A stretch of 64,000 nucleotides of DNA from an uncultured Candidatus Binatia bacterium. Lineage in GTDB: Bacteria; Desulfobacterota; Binatia; Bin18. The position numbers and the translations under genes are program-made. Positions 19,188-29,328 of the stretch are shown here, in pieces (the stretch's first letter is position 1; every line of letters starts with the position of its first letter). Location of the stretch: assembly GCA_965200965.1 (NCBI GenBank), contig OZ241744.1:2720001-2784000 (forward strand), read 5' to 3'. The notes beneath the pieces are model-generated. The model was given only the letters and a program-made list of their open reading frames with translations, was not told the origin of the DNA and did no database searches.

Positions 19188-20195
19188 CTACTGGACCTTC
19201 TGGTACTTGCGATAGTCGTAGCCGGTCGCCATGGCCAGCAGCAGCTTGTCCATACCGCCCGGACGCTCGCGGCGTAAGATGTGCAAGCGGTCCAGAAACT
19301 CGTGATAGTCCTTGTGGACCGGCCGCTTCCGGTTCGTGCTGCCCAAGACAACATGTTGCAGCCGGGTGACAGTGAAACGCAGGGCAGAAAACCGCAACTC
19401 ATTGGGAAAGGCGTCCCACTCGACCAGAGATAAGGTCCGAACTTCCTGATAGCCGTCAATCAGGGCGCTGAAGCGATCGAGATGATAGCGGCCATCCAGG
19501 TAACACAGCGCGTTGACCGCTGTGGCCACATCGGCGATCAGTTTTCCCTGGCCGGCGGCCTCAAAATCAAGGACACCGGACACTTTTTTGCCGCGGAAGA
19601 GCAGGTTGTCGGCAAACAGGCCGCCATGAATAATGCCGCTTGGCAGCCGCTCCTCGAGATACTCTTCATGGTGGGCCAGCTCGTCGTCGAGGGTGTGTTT
19701 GAGTTGTTTCAGATGGGCCGGGAGGCGCATGTGGAGGTAGAGGTCTCGAATCCGGGCAAAGCTGAAGCGGTTCTCCAGGCTGGGTTTATAGTCTTGTCCG
19801 GCTAGGTGGAGGCGGCTGAGGGTTTTGCCAACCTGGTACATATGCTCGGGACTCATTTGCTCCGCGGTGCGCTCTTTGCCAGACAGAGCAGCATACACGG
19901 ACACCGCTTTGCCTTTGTCCTCACGCAGCAGCTGTCCGTTGTGGTCGGCAATCGGCCGCGGACAGGCGATGCCCTTGGTCCGCAGAAAGGCTAACAGTTC
20001 AATCTCGCGTCGCACCTGCTCGGCGTCCTTGAGCTCGTCGATCTTGAGCAAGAACTTCCCCTTGCCGGATTCGAGACGGTAGGAGGTATGGACAGACCCG
20101 GCCGCAACGCCGCTGTAGGCGGACAACTCGCCCAACTGATAGGGTTTGAGGAGGCGCTCCAGCGTTCTTCGATTGAGGACGGTATAGACCGCCAT
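19188..20195 (-). CDS. Homoserine kinase type II (APH/choline-kinase fold), catalytic Asp substituted
   Basis: MAVYT start, LP.GIIHGGLF.DN (normally H-x-D-LF), LDFE, ALRF..TRL. Confidence 0.75.
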   Translation of the reverse strand: MAVYTVLNRRTLERLLKPYQLGELSAYSGVAAGSVHTSYRLESGKGKFLLKIDELKDAEQVRREIELLAFLRTKGIACPRPIADHNGQLLREDKGKAVSVYAALSGKERTAEQMSPEHMYQVGKTLSRLHLAGQDYKPSLENRFSFARIRDLYLHMRLPAHLKQLKHTLDDELAHHEEYLEERLPSGIIHGGLFADNLLFRGKKVSGVLDFEAAGQGKLIADVATAVNALCYLDGRYHLDRFSALIDGYQEVRTLSLVEWDAFPNELRFSALRFTVTRLQHVVLGSTNRKRPVHKDYHEFLDRLHILRRERPGGMDKLLLAMATGYDYRKYQKVQ

Positions 20196-20301
20196 GATTC
20201 CGTCCCGAACATGTGCGTTGCTGCGAACCCGAGGGCCACAGGCTGACCCAGCCTACTCCCTGGCCCCCGATGTGTCAAGAAAAATGCCGGGCCGCGGCGG
20301 T

Positions 20302-22056
20302 CTACCAGCCCATGACATACGACGGCATACGCTTGCTCTGCTCACCGCGCAGGTCTGCCCCGCCCTTGACAATGCCGCGCTTGAGGTCAACGCAGATGCC
20401 AAGCACATCGCCCTCGCTCCAGTCTTCCTTGATCTCAAGGTGGTGGCCCCGGGCCTCAAGCTGCTGGCGGACCCGGTCTGGGATACGGCCTTCGAGCCGC
20501 AGCAGGCCGGGGACGGCGTTATGCGGGAAGAAGCTCGACGGAAAATGGGCCGAGGAGAAGCGCGGGGCTTCAATCGCCTCCTGGACCTCCATGCCGAAAT
20601 CGACCACATTCAGGAAGAATTGCAGGGTCCACTGATCCTGCTGGTCGCCCCCGGGCGTGCCAAAGACCATACACGGCTCACCGTTGCGCAGCACCAGGCT
20701 CGGCGTCAGGGTTGTGCGCGGTTGTTTGCCCGGAACCAGGGCGTTGGGATGGCGCGGGTCAAGAAAGAAGGTCTGAACCCGGGTGCCCAGCGGGAAACCA
20801 AGGCCGTCAATCACCGGCGAAGACGGAATCCAGGCCCCACTGGGGGTAAACGAGGCCATATTGCGCTGGGCATCGACCACCGTCACATACACCGTCCCTG
20901 GCCCCCAGTTCCGTGCGGCAAAAATCTCCTCCCCTTCCAGCAACGCCCCCCCGGTGTGGGGATTACCCGGACGTTGATCGTGGGAGGCGTGGTGGGGATC
21001 GATCAGGATGCGCCGTTGCGCCGCGTACTCTTTGGACAGCAGGCTCTTGAGCGGGACATCGACACACTTCGGGTCGCCGTAATACTGCTCGCGGTCGGCA
21101 AAGGCCAGCTTCAGGCTTTCGACTACCGTATGGATGTAGTCGGCGCTGTTATGGCCGAGGCTGTTGAGGTCATAGCCCTCCAGCAGGGCCAGTTGTTGCA
21201 GGAACACCGGCCCCTGGCTCCACGGCCCGCATTTATACACCTCGTAGCCGCGGTAGGTATACGAGACCGGCTCCTCAACCGTGGCGCGAAACCCGGCCAG
21301 GTCGTGGGCGCGCAGCGGCCCGCCGTGGGCTCTGCTGTGCTCCTCAATGATCTGCGCAATCTCCCCGCGGTAAAAGGCGTCCCGGGCCGCTTCCAGACCG
21401 GCCTCACGCCCCTGTCCCTGGGCGTTCTGCTCGGCGTCCATCAAGCGCCGGAAGGTCCGGCCCAGGTCTGGATTTTTGAGGATGTCCCCCACATCGGGCA
21501 GCCGGCCCTGGGGCAAATAGACCTTGGCCGAAGACGGCCACTGGCTACGAAACCGTTTGGCATTGCCGGCAATCGAGAAATCCATCCGCATATACGCCGG
21601 GGCAGGCCCGCGTAGCGCGTGATGGAGCGGAAAGCCGCCCTCGGCCAACTCCAGGGCCGGTTCCACAACCTGGCGGAAGCTCAGCGTGCCAAAGCGCCGC
21701 AGGACTCCAAGCAGCGCATCAGGTGCGCCGCACGCGCCGGCAGCCTCAACCCCGTTGAACGGAATAAGCGGCATATCGCGCTCCTGAAACCACTCAATCG
21801 TTGCCGCCCGGGGCGCAACGGTATTGCCGTTAATCGCCGCCACGCGCTTGTCAGCCGCGCTATATACCAGGGCCGAAATCTCCCCGCCAAACGTGTGCAT
21901 ATGCGGATTCAGCACGCCCTCGGCCAGAGTGGCCGCTACCGCGGCGTCAAACGCATTGCCGCCGGCCTGCAAGAGGCGCAGCCCGGCCTGGGTTGACAGA
22001 TAATGTTCGGTGGCAACCATGCCCCGCGTTCCCATCAGGGTTGGACGATAGGCCAT
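20302..22056 (-). CDS. Gamma-glutamyltransferase family protein
   Basis: GGNAFDAAVA, KLAFADR..YYGDP, GT nucleophile, PGKQPRTTL, GTPGGD. Confidence 0.9.
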   Translation of the reverse strand: MAYRPTLMGTRGMVATEHYLSTQAGLRLLQAGGNAFDAAVAATLAEGVLNPHMHTFGGEISALVYSAADKRVAAINGNTVAPRAATIEWFQERDMPLIPFNGVEAAGACGAPDALLGVLRRFGTLSFRQVVEPALELAEGGFPLHHALRGPAPAYMRMDFSIAGNAKRFRSQWPSSAKVYLPQGRLPDVGDILKNPDLGRTFRRLMDAEQNAQGQGREAGLEAARDAFYRGEIAQIIEEHSRAHGGPLRAHDLAGFRATVEEPVSYTYRGYEVYKCGPWSQGPVFLQQLALLEGYDLNSLGHNSADYIHTVVESLKLAFADREQYYGDPKCVDVPLKSLLSKEYAAQRRILIDPHHASHDQRPGNPHTGGALLEGEEIFAARNWGPGTVYVTVVDAQRNMASFTPSGAWIPSSPVIDGLGFPLGTRVQTFFLDPRHPNALVPGKQPRTTLTPSLVLRNGEPCMVFGTPGGDQQDQWTLQFFLNVVDFGMEVQEAIEAPRFSSAHFPSSFFPHNAVPGLLRLEGRIPDRVRQQLEARGHHLEIKEDWSEGDVLGICVDLKRGIVKGGADLRGEQSKRMPSYVMGW

Positions 22057-22082
22057 AGATGTCCTCCTTAAAAAGACGCCGG

Positions 22083-23388
22083 TCAGACCGATACCTCGTC
22101 TGGTCGGATAATACCGTGGTTCGCCAAGTGGCTCCGTATGGCTACCTGTGAGAGACCAAAATGCGCGGCCGCCTCGTTGGTGGTATCAGGCGAAAAGTCG
22201 CCGTTGAGAAAAGACTGAAGGCTTGACAGGGGCGCGAGAAACTCGGCGGCGAAAGAACGTTGGACCTTCTGGCGGTATGTTTTTGAGTCCGAAACGGGCA
22301 GCCACCTGTCTTCGGCCGGCGCAAATATCCCCTCAGCAATAAAACGGGCCGCTTCAAAGCGTCGCCCCTCGCGGTGGGGTTTCCGAAAATGCAGACTGAC
22401 CTCGCTTGGCCCAGCCCGACGGACCGCAAACCCGATGGGCGGGCGGTCCGGGCTGCTGTCGTGCTCAGGAAAAATTGATGTGCCGAAGAATTGGTCCAGG
22501 TCTCTGTCGTCGAGCCGGGAGTCTCCAAGGCTGGCCGCGGCCCGCAGCCGCTTCGCTGCGTTCCGGCCAAGATGCCAGGGTGGACCGGGTGCATTCAGAG
22601 TGTACTCCGCCCTGACCCGTTCGATCTCCTCCGCCATTCTGGCCTGCACCCCATCAGTTGTCGATATGTCTTTCAGTTTCTGAACCGTGCCGGCTGCCTC
22701 TCTTCGGCCACCCAGAGCCGCAATCTCGGCGATTGCCCCCCGTCCGGCTGTTGAAAACATGGATATCAGACTGCCAATAAGCTCGCCTGGGGCCTCGTCG
22801 GGGTCAAAGCCCAGCAGCGCTTCTATTTTGCGATACTCGGACAGGTCCGTGTCGGCTCTTTCGGTCCGCACCTCTGCCCACAACTCGGCTAGCCCGGAAC
22901 TGTTCCGACCAAAAACGCGAAGCCGCTCAATCACAAGGTGGACGAATCCGTCAACGACCTTTTCAAATTCTGTGGCTCCAATACTGGCTTGGAGAGCGGA
23001 CAGGTAGCGTATCAGTTCGGAATCCGAGCAGACGGTTGGGACGCAGCGGACCTCAATGGAGTTTCCGTCGGACCCGAAAGAGACCGCCGGCCAGATGAAC
23101 CCGTGGCCGGCGGCCGGCATCTCGGTGGGCCATACGCCATGATGTCGGCCGCCTGGCCCCGCTGGGCATGCCCTCCCACCGGAGTCTCCACCAGGAAGAG
23201 GCGAACCACAGGGCCAGCGGCAAAGCCGAAAGCCTGACGGTCGGACGAACGGAACGAGACCCGATATCCTCAATTTCCATGACGGTCCCATTAAGCTTAA
23301 TGCCTATCTCGGCCATAGTCGCGGCGATGTCGTCCCGTTCAAATTCGCCCGGAATCCAATTCGCTTGTATCTCGAAATTCGGTGGCAT
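22083..23388 (-). pseudogene. ImmA/IrrE-like-domain protein split by a +1 frameshift (~23124)
   Basis: WFASSWWRLRWE...WRMAH in one frame continues as EMPAAGHGFIWP in another; C-terminal RRFEAAR and QRSFAAEFLAP. Confidence 0.6.
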
Positions 23389-23392
23389 GGGG

Positions 23393-23809
23393 TCATTTCC
23401 AGAAGTCGAGAATGCGCGCTCTCATCGGATCGTCTGCCTGGAGCGGATAGCCGTGATAGGTGCCGCTCTCCTGGTTTTCCAGCACTGCTTCAAGAACATT
23501 GCCCTGTATAACAGCCCAGACATTTTGTGGCCAGCCGTTCCGCCACTGCTCGCTGACAGCGCCACGGCGGATTCCTTCTTCCAGCAGACCTTGCGCTTCT
23601 GCCTGGGAGAAAATACCACTGCCATCGCACAAGGTCTTGTCGGGCCTGGGCTGGCTCCGCGACTCCAGACCAAAATCGCCCGGATTGCGTTTGTGCAGGG
23701 GGCTTCCGGTATAGCGTGCGCCTTGCGCCACGCTGGCAAGAGCCTGTCTGTCGCCCGCATACAGGCGGCGTTTCGGGTTTCCGGTTCGGCGGACTGGTTG
23801 TGAAGGCAA
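23393..23809 (-). CDS. Small hypothetical protein, possible nuclease toxin
   Basis: AGGAG RBS + TTG; Y.GSPLHK, RPDKTLCD, WPQNVWAV, E..LEN, YHGYP; stop 4 nt before partner gene. Confidence 0.6.
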   Translation of the reverse strand: MPSQPVRRTGNPKRRLYAGDRQALASVAQGARYTGSPLHKRNPGDFGLESRSQPRPDKTLCDGSGIFSQAEAQGLLEEGIRRGAVSEQWRNGWPQNVWAVIQGNVLEAVLENQESGTYHGYPLQADDPMRARILDFWK

Positions 23810-23819
23810 GGCTGGCTCC

Positions 23820-25298
23820 TTATTGCTGGGGCAACACTTCAGAACGGCCGGCCTGCTCAGCGCAACTGTGGGTCCACAGCAGTTTCCTTTCGGGTCGGGT
23901 GGTCTGATAGTCGGGCAGGGTGGTTTCCTGCATGAAAAATATCTGGAAGCGAGCGAGCGGCTGCCCCCGCGCGTCCCAGACCCGGCACACCCAGCCGGCA
24001 AAGGCCCCCAGGGCGGCTTTCCGGTTCTTTTGTCCAGGGTACATATTTTCCATGAATTTCCACCACCGATCGTGAGGATACCAGACCCGGAGCTCGGCCG
24101 GCTTCTCCCAGCCCACCGGGCCGGCGGTCCACACATCAACGACCCGGCCATCAGCCAGCCGGCCGGGCATCACGAACCAGCCGTCATCCATAAGCGGCCA
24201 CGGGGAAAACATGTTCCAGTGCTGGTCAATGCGCAGCACATAGCCGACCGGGCTGGCCCACCAGGGGAAAATCCGGCGTACAGCCGAGGTGGCCTCCAGG
24301 CCGCGCAGGTTCCACAAGGCGATATACACCACAAAGAAGGCCGCCGCGACCTGAGCCGGCCTTGAAGTGCGCACGGCCGGCCCCGGCCGGCCGTGCCCCC
24401 ACACCAGCCCCGGCACAAAGACCAGCCAACTGACCATGCTGACATACGGAAACAGGCCGATATCCGTGCAGGCGGCAATGCCCAGATGAAAGCCGAAAAA
24501 CGTGCCAATCACAGCCAGACGCAGCTGCGGGGTAAAAAACGGCACAAAGGCCAGGCACGGGCCCAGGAACTCCAGGACAATAACCGCCCGGCTCAGCAGG
24601 GCCGTCAGGGCAGGCAACCCGAGCACCCAGCGGCCAAACGGGGTGACAATATGGTCAATGTTCAGGGTGCGGTACACCGCACTGGCCTCGCCCCACCACA
24701 CGTCCCACGATTTCAGGCCAGCCGTACACCAGTACACCGTGCAGACCTGGAGCAGCAGGCCGGCCGCGCCCACCGAGCACACGCTGGTCGGCAGCCGCTC
24801 AATATGGGGCCCCTCGTCCCCGGCCCGCCGGATCAGGCTGTCGAGCGACCAACGCGCCCCCAAAGGAACAAACAGGCTCCAGAACAGCAACACACACAGC
24901 AGTTCGTCGCTGCCGTGCAGCACCCTCGGGTTTCTGGCCTGGAGCGAGATCAGCAACAACCATGAAGCGCAGGTGGCCATCGGCGTGCGAAAGCCAACCA
25001 CCAGGCCACAGGCAACAACACCGGCGATGATGAAGAGCGTCGCCTGCCAGAAGGCCGAGCCGCTGACCAGATGCAGCGAGAACAGGGACAGCGGACGGGT
25101 AAAATGGGCGGCCAGTACATCGCGGGGCAGTACGCCCCAGTCGGTATAATGGGCCGCCAAGTCCTGGCTTCTGACCCACAGGTCAGCCAGCAGCAGACCG
25201 CCGAGAGCTATCCGAAACACGGCCAATGATCGCAGGTCAATACTGAACAGCCGCCTGGCCACACGCGATCTCCCACAGGACACAAGACTATAGGCCAA
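23820..25298 (-). CDS. HTTM-domain membrane protein
   Basis: DLRSLAVFRIALG, RNP, PLG.RWSLD, Q.W.MF motifs; multi-TM. Confidence 0.8.
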   Translation of the reverse strand: MAYSLVSCGRSRVARRLFSIDLRSLAVFRIALGGLLLADLWVRSQDLAAHYTDWGVLPRDVLAAHFTRPLSLFSLHLVSGSAFWQATLFIIAGVVACGLVVGFRTPMATCASWLLLISLQARNPRVLHGSDELLCVLLFWSLFVPLGARWSLDSLIRRAGDEGPHIERLPTSVCSVGAAGLLLQVCTVYWCTAGLKSWDVWWGEASAVYRTLNIDHIVTPFGRWVLGLPALTALLSRAVIVLEFLGPCLAFVPFFTPQLRLAVIGTFFGFHLGIAACTDIGLFPYVSMVSWLVFVPGLVWGHGRPGPAVRTSRPAQVAAAFFVVYIALWNLRGLEATSAVRRIFPWWASPVGYVLRIDQHWNMFSPWPLMDDGWFVMPGRLADGRVVDVWTAGPVGWEKPAELRVWYPHDRWWKFMENMYPGQKNRKAALGAFAGWVCRVWDARGQPLARFQIFFMQETTLPDYQTTRPERKLLWTHSCAEQAGRSEVLPQQ

Positions 25299-25433
25299 AA
25301 GAGAAACGGGAATAAAGCCTGACCGGCAGGGATTGACTCAAGCATGACTACGCTCCCGTCCAATCCGGGCCGTGATCCCCCTTCGTGATACCCATCCCCC
25401 GATCTGTCATCACACCAACAAGGAGGATTCCCC

Positions 25434-26828
25434 ATGTCTTTTTCCCGTTTCACCAGCGTGGGACTCGCTGGTGCGCTTGCGCTTCTGGCAGTGCCCGCCT
25501 TGGCCGAACTCAAGCCGGGCGATACGCTTGACCAATCAAACTGCGAGCAGGCCCGCAGTATGCTGCCGGACTTTGTGACTGAAAAGTTCTGTGCCGGCGA
25601 CTATGCCGCGGAGATCATTGAGGTCACAGACGAGCAGTTCCAGTACAGCGCCAAGTTCAAATCCGGCTCCGAGGCCAACGGCGGCAAATACTATGTGACC
25701 GACTCGGGCCACATGTACGAGACGGCCAGCCAGAGCTGGCCAAAGTTCTGGTACGGCTTTCCGTTTCCGGGTCTCAGCGCCTCGCTGTCCCCAGACAGCT
25801 GGCAAGACGAACTGGCCAAGGATCGCACCATCCCCTACAAAATCATGTACAACCACCAGGTCGCGCGATTTCAGATCGACGACGTGTACTGGTTCCTGTC
25901 CATCAAATGGTATACGCCGCAGGGGTTTGACCGTTCGGTCGAATTCGGTGCCTACGCCACCTGGTATATCGGGCGGCACTCCGGTCCGATCGACAACCCG
26001 GACGAAACCTACCTCAAAGACATCATCTTCGGGGTGGCTCCCTACGACGTGGTAGGGGTCTCGACCCTCGAATACTGGTTCACCGACCCCGAGAAATGGC
26101 AGTCCATCTGGGCCTTTGTTCCCACCATCCGCCGGGTGCGGCGGCTGACCGCCTCAAACTCGTCCGAAGGGCTGTTCGGCTCCATCATCGCCCGTGACGA
26201 TCCCTACGGCTGGGCCGGGAAAATCCAGTATATGAACTGGAACCTGATCGGCATCCAGGACATGCTCGTGCCCATTGCGCCGACCGGCATCGAAAAGCCC
26301 ATGCTGCCGGGTCCTCCCTCGCCGAAAAAACTGCCCTCCAACGATGCCAATATCGCCAACAAGGGCCAGATTCCGCAGGGTCAGGTCGCCCGCATCACCT
26401 GGTCGCCCGAAGAGCGGGTCATGCACGGCTATGAAACCCCGGGCTGGACCGGCAAAGCCTGGGCACCGACCAACCTCAAACTGGCCAAACGGACCTGCTG
26501 GGTGGTTGAAGCAACGCCCAAAGACCCCTACTATGCCTATGGCCGGCGGATTCTGTATATCGACAAACACGCCTACTGGGCCTACTGGACGACGCTGTAC
26601 GACCGGGCCGGCGAATACTGGAAGACCATCATCTGGATGGACAAAATGGGCTACACGCCGGATCGGGATATGACCGTCCGTCACCCCTTCTGGGGCGTGG
26701 GCGAGGATGTCCGCCAGAACCGGGGCAGCGTCTTTGACGTGCAGTCCAAGGGCTACTACACCGAGTACGAGTTGGGCTTTCCCGATTCCACCTATACCAC
26801 CAGCAACTTGGCCGCCTTGGGAAAATAA
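25434..26828 (+). CDS. DUF1329-family exported protein
   Basis: Signal peptide; G.PFP, W.FVP.IRRVRR, VVEATPKD, YDRAGEYWK. Confidence 0.8.
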   Translation: MSFSRFTSVGLAGALALLAVPALAELKPGDTLDQSNCEQARSMLPDFVTEKFCAGDYAAEIIEVTDEQFQYSAKFKSGSEANGGKYYVTDSGHMYETASQSWPKFWYGFPFPGLSASLSPDSWQDELAKDRTIPYKIMYNHQVARFQIDDVYWFLSIKWYTPQGFDRSVEFGAYATWYIGRHSGPIDNPDETYLKDIIFGVAPYDVVGVSTLEYWFTDPEKWQSIWAFVPTIRRVRRLTASNSSEGLFGSIIARDDPYGWAGKIQYMNWNLIGIQDMLVPIAPTGIEKPMLPGPPSPKKLPSNDANIANKGQIPQGQVARITWSPEERVMHGYETPGWTGKAWAPTNLKLAKRTCWVVEATPKDPYYAYGRRILYIDKHAYWAYWTTLYDRAGEYWKTIIWMDKMGYTPDRDMTVRHPFWGVGEDVRQNRGSVFDVQSKGYYTEYELGFPDSTYTTSNLAALGK

Positions 26829-26853
26829 GAGCCTCCGCCTGACTTCCACTGGG

Positions 26854-26886
26854 AAAAGGGGTGGGGTATTCCACCCCTTTTTTCTT
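26854..26886 (+). terminator. Intrinsic terminator
   Basis: aaaaggggtgg-ggtatt-ccacccctttt followed by further Ts. Confidence 0.75.
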
Positions 26887-26960
26887 GTGCAGTCCCCAGG
26901 GGCGTGGCATTGATTTTCCGGCCCCTGCTCTCCACAATGACACGATGGTGAGGAAACCCC

Positions 26961-27407
26961 GTGCTTGAAACCGGCCTGCTGCTGACTGGCTGCACGCTGT
27001 TCGGGGCCGCGGCCGTGTATGACCTGCGCTTCCGCTCCATCCCCGACCGGGTGCCGGCCGGGCTGCTGGCCGTGTTTGGCGTGTATGCCGGCGTCGCCGA
27101 CCAAGGCCCCCTGCTGTGGGCACATCTGGCCACCGCCGTGGTCCTGCTGCTGGTCGGCTTTGGCCTGTTTGCCGCAGGCGCACTCGGCGGCGGCGACGGC
27201 AAGCTGCTGGCCGGTGCCGGCCTGTGGGTCGGCCCGCTCGATATCAGTCTGTTTCTGGCCGGCCTTGGCCTGCTCAGCCTTGGCCTTGGCCTGCTCAGCC
27301 TGCTGCCGCTGGCCGCCACCCGCCGGCTGCGGTCCAACCTGCCGCTGGCCGTTGCCATTGCCCCGCCGGCCATTGTCGTGCTGAGTTCACGCGCATGTTC
27401 CGCCTGA
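26961..27407 (+). CDS. cpaA: Flp prepilin peptidase (A24 family, CpaA/TadV)
   Basis: YDL..R.IP and GGGDGKL aspartate motifs; hydrophobic; adjacent to cpaB. Confidence 0.85.
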   Translation: MLETGLLLTGCTLFGAAAVYDLRFRSIPDRVPAGLLAVFGVYAGVADQGPLLWAHLATAVVLLLVGFGLFAAGALGGGDGKLLAGAGLWVGPLDISLFLAGLGLLSLGLGLLSLLPLAATRRLRSNLPLAVAIAPPAIVVLSSRACSA

Positions 27408-27414
27408 CACGCCT

Positions 27415-28287
27415 ATGCGACGCTATCGTTCCGTGCTGCTGATTGTGCTGCTGGGGATCGTCCCGGTCATCGCCCTGGTGATCAGCGTGTGGCTGTACTT
27501 TGGCGAACGGCCGGCCGAGCCGCCGGCCGAGCAGGTCGTGGAAGCACAGCCACCCCCGCCGGCCGAACCGCCGCCCCCGCCGGTTGATGTGTGGGCGGCG
27601 GACCGCAACCTGGAGGTCGGCGCACTGCTGACTGCCACCGATATCGTCGCCGTACCGATCGAGGCCGCGGCCGTCCGTTCGGATCACCTGCGCCGTGACC
27701 AGACCAGCCTGTCGGAGCTGGTCGGCTCGGTGGTGCGCAAGCAACTGCTGGCCGGTCAGCCGCTCACCTGGACGCAGCTGGTGCGGTCCGGCCAGGACGG
27801 GTTTCTGGCCGCGGCGCTCGCGCCCAACCGCCGGGCCGTGACCATTACGGTCAACCAGGAGACGAGTCACGCCGGCCTCATCTCGCCGGGCGACCGGGTC
27901 GATGTCATCTTCACCATGCAGACCGATAGAGCCAACCCGCTCAGCGCCGTCAGCCGGACGGTCCTGGAAAATATCCGGGTGGTGGCCGTCAACCGGCGGG
28001 TGGAGCCTGTTGCCGGCGAGGCCCAGCCCCAGGACGGCGAAGGCGGCCGGCGGGATGCCAGCCAGACGGTGACGCTCGAAGTCCTGCCCCTGGAGGCCGA
28101 CCGGCTGGTGCTGGCCACCAGCCAGGGGAGCCTGTCGCTGGCGCTGCGCCCGCTCAGCCGGTCCGGCCGCTCAGGCCGCCGTCCACAGAGCGGCGTCGCC
28201 ATGCTCCTGCCCTCCGAGCAAGAGGAACCGGTCCGTGTTCAGGTCTACCGCGGTGCCAGCCGGGAAGAGGTGCTGCTGGCCGAATAG
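27415..28287 (+). CDS. cpaB: Flp pilus assembly protein CpaB/RcpC
   Basis: N-terminal TM, SAF domain, RAVTI, PGDRVDVI, VTLEV, LSLALR. Confidence 0.9.
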   Translation: MRRYRSVLLIVLLGIVPVIALVISVWLYFGERPAEPPAEQVVEAQPPPPAEPPPPPVDVWAADRNLEVGALLTATDIVAVPIEAAAVRSDHLRRDQTSLSELVGSVVRKQLLAGQPLTWTQLVRSGQDGFLAAALAPNRRAVTITVNQETSHAGLISPGDRVDVIFTMQTDRANPLSAVSRTVLENIRVVAVNRRVEPVAGEAQPQDGEGGRRDASQTVTLEVLPLEADRLVLATSQGSLSLALRPLSRSGRSGRRPQSGVAMLLPSEQEEPVRVQVYRGASREEVLLAE

Positions 28288-28296
28288 ACCGCCGGC

Positions 28297-29259
28297 CTAG
28301 CCGTTCAAGCTGCGCAGGGCCTCAAGGGCCATCAGGGCACCCGGCCCGGCAACCAGCAGAATCGTGCCCGGCGTCACCAGCAGCAGCATGGGCATACTCA
28401 TCAGCACCGGCAGGCGCTCAATCTGGGCGGCGATGCGGGCCGCCCGCTGGAGGCGCTCGCTGGCGGCAATGTTCTGCATGGACTGGGTGAGCGGTGTGCC
28501 ATAGCGCTCGCCCTGCACAATGGCGGTGGCCAGGTCGCGCAGCCCCTCTATTTCGGTCCGGGCGTACAGGTCATTCAGGACGGTCTTGCGGTCAGCCCCA
28601 ATGCGGAGTTCGGCCTCAACCTGGCTGAACTCCCGGGCCAGGTCGGGGGTCAGCGACCCGAGCTCCTGGGCAACCCTGGTCAGCGAGCGATCAAAGGTCA
28701 GGCTGGATTCCAGGCACAGGGTCAGCAGGTCAAGGGCGTCGGGCAGGGCGGCGACCATTCTGCGGTGCCGGCGGGCGACCAGATAGCGCAGGCCCATCTC
28801 GGGCAGCATCCCGCCGATCACCGCCCCAAACAGCCCGGCCATGATAATCAGCAGGGTATAACTCCCCAGCAACTCACTGTGTGCCGCCCAGAAGCCGGTC
28901 AGCAGGCCGCCGGCCAGGGTGACGACGAGCTTGATGGCCATGAACACCGACAGGGCGTCGGCCTGTCGGAAATCGGCCTTGCCGAGGAGGCGGCGCAGTT
29001 TTTCCCGCTCGTCAATCCCGACCGGGACCAGCATGGAGGTAGACTTGAGGACGCCAAACAAGACCTTCAGGTGCAGGGGGCGGCCCGAGGCTGTGCCGCG
29101 GGCGCGGGTCCTGGGTTCATCATGGACCGCCCGGGCCCGGGTCCGTACCCGCCTCAGCCGACGGTCAAGCACCTTGCTCCGGTGGACCTCCTGCCACGCC
29201 AGACGGCCTGAGACCGCCATAACAGGCAGGCCAACACCAAGGATCAGCAGGATGAACAT
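28297..29259 (-). CDS. tadC: Tad pilus inner-membrane platform TadC
   Basis: T2SSF domain LPDALDLL..CLES, Q.ERYGT; ATG after GGAGGAG. Confidence 0.85.
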   Translation of the reverse strand: MFILLILGVGLPVMAVSGRLAWQEVHRSKVLDRRLRRVRTRARAVHDEPRTRARGTASGRPLHLKVLFGVLKSTSMLVPVGIDEREKLRRLLGKADFRQADALSVFMAIKLVVTLAGGLLTGFWAAHSELLGSYTLLIIMAGLFGAVIGGMLPEMGLRYLVARRHRRMVAALPDALDLLTLCLESSLTFDRSLTRVAQELGSLTPDLAREFSQVEAELRIGADRKTVLNDLYARTEIEGLRDLATAIVQGERYGTPLTQSMQNIAASERLQRAARIAAQIERLPVLMSMPMLLLVTPGTILLVAGPGALMALEALRSLNG

Positions 29260-29328
29260 AGGGGGCTCCTCCGTCTCGGGAGTGAAGGTATCGCCGTCCT
29301 CTCGATCTGGCGACAGGTTCACTCCTTC

